Shown here piece by piece: positions 58,856 through 64,000 of a stretch of 64,000 nucleotides of DNA. Positions within the stretch are counted from its first letter, which is position 1. The number at the start of each line of letters is the position of its first letter. The position numbers were made by a program, and so were the translations under genes. Origin of the DNA: Abditibacteriaceae bacterium (lineage in GTDB: Bacteria; Armatimonadota; Abditibacteriia; Abditibacteriales; Abditibacteriaceae). A model generated the notes under the pieces. It saw only the letters and a list, made by a program, of their open reading frames with translations, made no database searches and was not told where the DNA came from. The DNA lies in assembly GCA_965277285.1 (NCBI GenBank), contig OZ255721.1, positions 2,784,001 to 2,848,000 on the forward strand, in the 5' to 3' direction.

Positions 58856-61465
58856 ATGGCTTCTTCCGACAACATCGCGCCCCAAATTGACGCGACTTCA
58901 AACGATAATGCAAACATCAACGGCGCAATCGACTCGATTCCGTTCGAGCATTTTGCCGAAGTGGGCGAATCCAGTACTCAATTCGACACCTCGTTGTCTG
59001 ACAACGCGACGCAAAACGGCGCATCCCAAACTGGTGAGTCACGAAACGGGACGCCGCTAAATGGTGCAACGACGCAAAGTGCGCAACTTTCGTCGGGCGA
59101 GATTGATCGCAAAAACGATTCGCCAGATGAAGTCGCGCGAGCACAAGTGCGCGCTTTAATCGAACACACGCGGCGCTCGCGCCCGACTTCCGACGCCGAT
59201 TTGCTGGAGCGCGCCTACGCGTTTGCGCACGCCGCGCACGAAGGCCAATTTCGTCGGACGGGCGAACCTTACATCGAACATCCGATTGCCGTCGCGGGGA
59301 TTTTGGCCGAGCTGGGCATGGACGACCCGACGCTAGCCGCCGGTTTATTGCACGATGTGGTCGAAGATTGCGGCATCTCCTTTGAAGAAATGGCGCAACG
59401 TTTCGGGATGGAAGTCGCGCAACTCGTCGATGGCGTAACCAAATTGAAGCGCATCGATTTCTCGAGCAAGCAGGAAAAACAGGCTGAAAACCTGCGCAAA
59501 CTGTTTCTGGCGATGGCGGGCGATGTGCGCGTCATCATCATCAAGTTGGCGGACAGGCTGCACAATATGCGTACGTTGGATCCGTTTCCCGAGCAGCGTC
59601 GCCGCGAAATCGCCTCTGAGACGTTGCAGATTTTGGCGCCGATTGCGCATCGTTTGGGAATCTGGCGCATCAAGTGGGAATTGGAAGATCGCTCGTTCAA
59701 ATACCTCGAGCCGGAAATTTATAAGCAGATTTACGCTCTGGTTCAGCGCACGCGCGACGAACGTTCCCTGATGGTGCAAACCGCCATTGAAACGCTGAGC
59801 GAGCGCTTGAAAGCCGAAGGCATTCCCGCCGAAATCAATGGGCGACCGAAGCATTTTTATTCGATTTACCAGAAAATGCTGAAGCAAGGTTTGAAGTTCG
59901 ATCAGTTGCACGACTTGATCGCGTTGCGCATCATTTGCCCGACCGAAGGCGATTGTTATCATGCGCTGGGCGTGGTTCACAATTTGTGGTTGCCAGTGCC
60001 GGAAATGTTCGCCGATTACATCGCCAAGCCCAAACCGAACAATTATCAATCGTTGCACACCAAAGTGCTGGGGCCGACGGGCGACCCGATTGAAGTGCAG
60101 ATTCGCACGCGCGAAATGCACCGCGACGCCGAATTTGGCATCGCCGCGCACTGGCGCTATAAGGAAGAAGGCGACAGCGAAGGCAAAACTTCCAGCGCCA
60201 AATCATCGAGCGCGAAGCCGTCCAACGCGAAGCCGTCCAACGGTAAGCAATCCAGTGGCGGAGCGGACAATTTCGGTTCCAAATTGAAGTGGCTGCGCAT
60301 GGTGCTCGAGCTGCAAAGCGACACGCAGGACGACGCGCAAAGTTTTCTGGATTCGCTCAAGCTCGACTTGTACAACGACCAGATTTTCGCGTTTACACCG
60401 CGTGCCGATGTCATTTATTTGCCGCAGGATTCGACGCCGGTCGACTTCGCGTATCGCGTGCATTCGGACATCGGCAGCAGTTGCGTTGGCGCCAAAGTGA
60501 ACGGGCGCATCGTGCCGCTCGATTACAAATTGCATAACGGCGACATCTGCGAAATCGTGACTTCAAAGCGCGCTGGAACTGGCCCCAAACGTGGATGGCT
60601 CGATTTCGTCGTCACGCCGCACGCCAAAAACCGCATCAAAGCGCATCTGCGCAAGCAGAACGTCGAAGAAAATACGCGTGAAGGCTTGGATCGCTTGGAG
60701 AAAGCCGCGCAAAGCGAACGCTTGAAGCTGGGTAAAATCGCTGACAACGAAAGCCTGCTGCAAGTCGCGCGCAACCTCAATTTCAAAAGCGTCGATGATT
60801 TGTTGGCCGCCATTGGCTATGGCGAATATACGGCGGAAAACATTTTGCGTCGCGTGCGCAATCTGGGCGGCGCCAAGGGCGAAGGCGAAACCGATTCTCT
60901 GTCGGCGGTGGCGAACGCATTGCTGGCGCGCAAGGTGAAGACGCGCCCCAACAGCAACGAAACCGAATTGCCGCCGGGCAGCCTTCAATTGGGCGATCCG
61001 CAAGACGGTGAAAGCGAAACTGATCGCGCACGCCGCAATCGAGTACTCGATGATGTGTTGTTCACGCTCGCCAAATGTTGCGCGCCACTGCCAGGAGATC
61101 CAGTTCGCGGCTACGTCACGCGTGGTCGTGGCGTCACGGTTCACCGCGAAGAATGCCCGAACCTGGCGCATTACGAAGCGCGCGAACCCGGGCGCATCAT
61201 CAACGCGCAATGGCGCGGCGACGGACAAAAAGCGTATCGCGCTCTGGTCGCCATCGAGTCGCGCGACCGCGTTGGGCTTCTCCACGATGTCACCAGCGTT
61301 TTCTCGGAAAGCCACGTCAACATTCACGCCGTCAACACCTATCCTCTGAAAGATTCGCGCGCGCGCTTGAACATCGCTATTACCATCACTGATGTCGAGC
61401 AACTCAACGCGCTGATGGTGAAGTTGCGCTCCGTCGAAGGCGTGACAGAAGTGCATCGCGTGTGA
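58856..61465 (+). CDS. rel: Bifunctional (p)ppGpp synthetase/hydrolase (Rel)
   Basis: LLHDVVED HD motif, KLADRLHNMRTL, YQSLHT, EVQIRT, TGS (DFAYRVH), CC region and ACT domain. Confidence 0.95.
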   Translation: MASSDNIAPQIDATSNDNANINGAIDSIPFEHFAEVGESSTQFDTSLSDNATQNGASQTGESRNGTPLNGATTQSAQLSSGEIDRKNDSPDEVARAQVRALIEHTRRSRPTSDADLLERAYAFAHAAHEGQFRRTGEPYIEHPIAVAGILAELGMDDPTLAAGLLHDVVEDCGISFEEMAQRFGMEVAQLVDGVTKLKRIDFSSKQEKQAENLRKLFLAMAGDVRVIIIKLADRLHNMRTLDPFPEQRRREIASETLQILAPIAHRLGIWRIKWELEDRSFKYLEPEIYKQIYALVQRTRDERSLMVQTAIETLSERLKAEGIPAEINGRPKHFYSIYQKMLKQGLKFDQLHDLIALRIICPTEGDCYHALGVVHNLWLPVPEMFADYIAKPKPNNYQSLHTKVLGPTGDPIEVQIRTREMHRDAEFGIAAHWRYKEEGDSEGKTSSAKSSSAKPSNAKPSNGKQSSGGADNFGSKLKWLRMVLELQSDTQDDAQSFLDSLKLDLYNDQIFAFTPRADVIYLPQDSTPVDFAYRVHSDIGSSCVGAKVNGRIVPLDYKLHNGDICEIVTSKRAGTGPKRGWLDFVVTPHAKNRIKAHLRKQNVEENTREGLDRLEKAAQSERLKLGKIADNESLLQVARNLNFKSVDDLLAAIGYGEYTAENILRRVRNLGGAKGEGETDSLSAVANALLARKVKTRPNSNETELPPGSLQLGDPQDGESETDRARRNRVLDDVLFTLAKCCAPLPGDPVRGYVTRGRGVTVHREECPNLAHYEAREPGRIINAQWRGDGQKAYRALVAIESRDRVGLLHDVTSVFSESHVNIHAVNTYPLKDSRARLNIAITITDVEQLNALMVKLRSVEGVTEVHRV

Positions 61466-61527
61466 CTTCGAGTACTCGATTGTATTTCAGGGCGACTTTC
61501 AGCAACATTTCAACGAACGTAGGGATC

Positions 61528-62697
61528 ATGAAGAAAAGAAACTTTGCTGTGGTGGCAACGGCGTTGCTGGCCACTTTCAGGATAGTTCTTCAGGCTCATG
61601 GACAGTGTGCAACGACTCCCGCCCGTGTGACTGCATCAAAGACAGCGACGATTGAGTGGCAACCGCAAACGCTGAGGCTGGTTCAGGAAGGCGGTCATTA
61701 TGGGCGTCTTCATCGTCTGCGAAATGGCGATTTGCTGTGCGTTTACGCGTCCGATGGCGTGTTGGTGCGACGCAGCCGCGACGATGGAAAAACCTGGCAA
61801 AAACCGGTTGAAGTGGCGCGCTGGCCTTATGGAAACCTGGCCAACGCCGAATTATTGACATTGCGCGATGGCACCGTACTTTGTTTTATGAATCAGAGGC
61901 CGCGACCTCTTTCCAGCGATAAAGTCGGCGACACGCCGCATCCATTTGCTATCGTCGTATCGCGCAGCCGTGACAACGGTCAAAGCTGGGGCGCCTCCAG
62001 AACGCTGTACAACGCCGACATTATTTCTGCTAACGGTTGCTGGGAACCGACGGCTGTCCAACTGCCATCGGGCGAAGTGCAATTGTTTTTCGCCAACGAA
62101 AACCCTTACTGCAGCAGCGACGAGCAGGAAATTACGCTGCTGCGCTCGTTTGATAGCGCGCGCACCTGGAGCGCACCGCAAACCGCGAGTTTTCGTGCCG
62201 GTTCGCGCGATGGAATGCCGGTTCCACTGGTTTTGCGCAAGGGGCGCGGCATCGTTGTCGCCATCGAAGACAACGGGCTGAGCGGAACCTTCAAGCCAGT
62301 CATTATCTCCACTTCGATGACGGATAGCTGGCGTTCTGGCGCCGTCGATGGAAAAAGTGCGCATCGTTGGAGCGCTCTGCAAACGCCGCTGGCTCCGCAG
62401 GTTTATGCTGGCGCGCCCTATTTGCGGCAAATGCCGTCGGGTCAAACAATTTTGGCTTTTCAACAAAGCGACGACGGCGACATTGATCACGCGCGCGTTG
62501 TGGTCGGCGTCGGCGATGGATGGGCGCGCAACTTTGCAGGCGCATCGTTTCCGTTTCCACAACAATCGGGCACGCGCCAACTCTGGCCTGCGCTTTTTGT
62601 CAAGAACAAACGAACCCTCACGGTTCTGTGCGAAACCCGCATCAACGGGCATTTCGGAGTTTGGAGCATTGATGGCGAGTTAAAAACGGGAAATTGA
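61528..62697 (+). CDS. Secreted BNR/Asp-box (sialidase-fold) protein
   Basis: SRDDGKTW, SRDNGQSW, SFDSARTW Asp boxes; CWEP; RDGMP. Confidence 0.85.
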   Translation: MKKRNFAVVATALLATFRIVLQAHGQCATTPARVTASKTATIEWQPQTLRLVQEGGHYGRLHRLRNGDLLCVYASDGVLVRRSRDDGKTWQKPVEVARWPYGNLANAELLTLRDGTVLCFMNQRPRPLSSDKVGDTPHPFAIVVSRSRDNGQSWGASRTLYNADIISANGCWEPTAVQLPSGEVQLFFANENPYCSSDEQEITLLRSFDSARTWSAPQTASFRAGSRDGMPVPLVLRKGRGIVVAIEDNGLSGTFKPVIISTSMTDSWRSGAVDGKSAHRWSALQTPLAPQVYAGAPYLRQMPSGQTILAFQQSDDGDIDHARVVVGVGDGWARNFAGASFPFPQQSGTRQLWPALFVKNKRTLTVLCETRINGHFGVWSIDGELKTGN

Positions 62698-62783
62698 CTC
62701 GCAATGACGATGAAAATCCCGTGAGTTGATATGAGTGGCGCTTGCTGGAAGCCATCTCATAAATACAACAAAAATCTCGAAGC

Positions 62784-62863
62784 TATCAGTTTGTCATTCT
62801 GAGCGCAGCGAAGAATCTACCTGTAATTAGATTCTTCGCTGTGCTCAGAATGACAAACTGGTA
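62784..62863. repeat. GTCATTCTGAGC..GAAGAATCT-type palindromic element (family C)
   Basis: TATCAGTTTGTCATTCTGAGCGCAGCGAAGAATCT / AGATTCTTCGCTGTGCTCAGAATGACAAACTGGTA; partial arms at about 4872-4898, 6109-6123 and 11004-11044. Confidence 0.8.
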
Positions 62864-62900
62864 ATTTGATGTGGAACTTATTTGTAAGAAGACTTGTAGA

Positions 62901-64000
62901 TCAGCCCCAGCGCGCGCCATTTAACTGGCGAAATTCATCGGCATACTCGCGGCGCAGAAACTCGAAGACAACGCGTTGAGAGTTCGCTTCGTGGACGCGC
63001 AACGCGACTTTTTTATCGCAACACTTGGGCGTTTTCATCGTTTCGGCGGAGAAACTTTGCAGCATACCGTAACACATCGCGGTGATGTGAATCAGCAAAC
63101 CGAGCGGCCCCAAAATCAAGCTGCCGATGAACAATCCCAAAGCCGCGATTATCAAGCCGCCGAGCATTCCCCAGGCGCCGACAAAAATTGCCGTGCGCGC
63201 CGTATCAATGTGTTGAACGCAACTGTCGCAATGCGGCACGCGCCACGTCCGGGCGACGCGCCCGATTTCATACCAGTCGTTCGTCTTGGCGCCGCAACAC
63301 GGACAAACCTGCGGCCATTGCAACGTTTTCGCGCTCGCGTTATCCACAGCAACGCGCCACACCAAATTTGGATTGCGCGCCGCGTTTTGCGCAGGGTTTT
63401 GCGTCTGCGTTCGAGTACTCGATGCGGCGTTGGTTGACGTATTCGCAACAGATGCGACAGGCATCGACGCGTTTTGCACTGCGGAGCCGTTTTGCAAAAC
63501 TGCGTTACTCTTGACCGCAACTGGCGAGGCGACTATTTGTGGTGGAACTATCAATTTACGGAAAGCGCGCACGTTTTGTGGCCGATCTTCAACGCGAATT
63601 TGCAGCGATTTTTCAATCGTCTGGCGCACATTCTCGCTACACGAATCGGGCAAATGCAAAGCGTCATCGTGCGCGCGTTCAAGGGCTGAAAGCGGCGCTT
63701 TTCCTGTAATTAAATGGTGCAACGTGGCGCCCAACGCGTAAATATCTGAAGCAGGCGAAAAATGTGTGGCAACCGAATATTGCTCGATGGGCGCGTAGCC
63801 TGGCGTACCGCAATGCGACGGCATATCGAGAGGCCGCGTGTCCAATTCTTCGCCGTCATGCAGCTTTTGAATCAGATCGAAATCCATCAAGACGACGCGA
63901 TGGTTTTCTGTAACGACCACGTTTTCCGGCTTGATGTCGAGATGCAGCAAACCCAATCGATGAATCGCTTCGAGCGCGCCGCCAAGCGGTTCAATCAGCC
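62901..64000 (-). CDS. Hanks-type Ser/Thr protein kinase with C-terminal CxxC/TM region (5' end beyond window)
   Basis: LLHLDIKPENV, DFD (DFG variant), GTPGYAPIEQY, SDIYALG. Confidence 0.88.
   Translation of the reverse strand, partial: LIEPLGGALEAIHRLGLLHLDIKPENVVVTENHRVVLMDFDLIQKLHDGEELDTRPLDMPSHCGTPGYAPIEQYSVATHFSPASDIYALGATLHHLITGKAPLSALERAHDDALHLPDSCSENVRQTIEKSLQIRVEDRPQNVRAFRKLIVPPQIVASPVAVKSNAVLQNGSAVQNASMPVASVANTSTNAASSTRTQTQNPAQNAARNPNLVWRVAVDNASAKTLQWPQVCPCCGAKTNDWYEIGRVARTWRVPHCDSCVQHIDTARTAIFVGAWGMLGGLIIAALGLFIGSLILGPLGLLIHITAMCYGMLQSFSAETMKTPKCCDKKVALRVHEANSQRVVFEFLRREYADEFRQLNGARWG

Larger units (their letters stand above)
276..63422. repeat. Dispersed highly iterated 12-bp palindrome TCGAGTACTCGA (45 perfect copies counted by eye)
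   Basis: Perfect copies start at 276,1730,3218,7148,7468,8868,9775,10130,12138,12928,13708,14407,16536,18029,18351,19882,21092,24580,25514,27049,27708,29017,29723,33089,33628,33875,34622,35379,36436,37833,40528,41522,42064,45586,46930,49544,49942,53539,54553,54907,56683,58538,61039,61468,63411. Confidence 0.97.

Noticed and set aside
276..63422. 12-bp palindrome as a CRISPR repeat array
   Set aside because: Too short, irregularly spaced over kilobases, embedded in genes, and no cas genes in the window
276..63422. 12-bp palindrome as a cloning linker or adapter artefact
   Set aside because: Reading frames and conserved domains continue through the sites, mismatch variants exist, and it is integrated in terminators and RBSs; raw reads would be the final test
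1..64000. tRNA, rRNA, prophage, retron/DGR or defence systems
   Set aside because: No cloverleaf, rRNA signature, reverse transcriptase, integrase, nuclease or DNA methyltransferase recognised by eye

Overview
About 64 kb of a moderately GC-rich bacterial chromosome. The gene content (prepilin/H-X9-DG DUF1559 protein, SLH-anchored porin, copper-amine-oxidase-N-domain protein, ARC proteasomal ATPase, Flp pilin) suggests an Armatimonadota/Abditibacteriota-like lineage; this is inference. It holds housekeeping genes (valS, polA, rpsA, rel, gpmI, greA, ugd, sppA), a KAS-II/methyltransferase/FAD-oxidoreductase cluster, an iron-type ABC pair, a GH18-deacetylase-GT2 fusion, an IS5-family element, and a tandem array of six secreted Asn/Gly-rich beta-solenoid-like paralogs. 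The dominant unexplained signal is a 12-bp palindrome, TCGAGTACTCGA (extended consensus WTCGAGTACTCGAW). I counted 45 perfect copies and about 20 near-copies by eye, against well under 0.01 expected by chance. It sits inside genes in all three frames (SSTR, RVL[D/E], [I/F]EYS), directly after stop codons, at the apex of terminator hairpins and overlapping ribosome-binding sites. It is absent from the IS and from several genes that look highly expressed or foreign. This resembles a highly iterated palindrome (HIP1/DUS-like) system that I do not recognise as described. Several REP/MITE-like palindrome families are also present. All counts and coordinates were read by eye and should be confirmed computationally.
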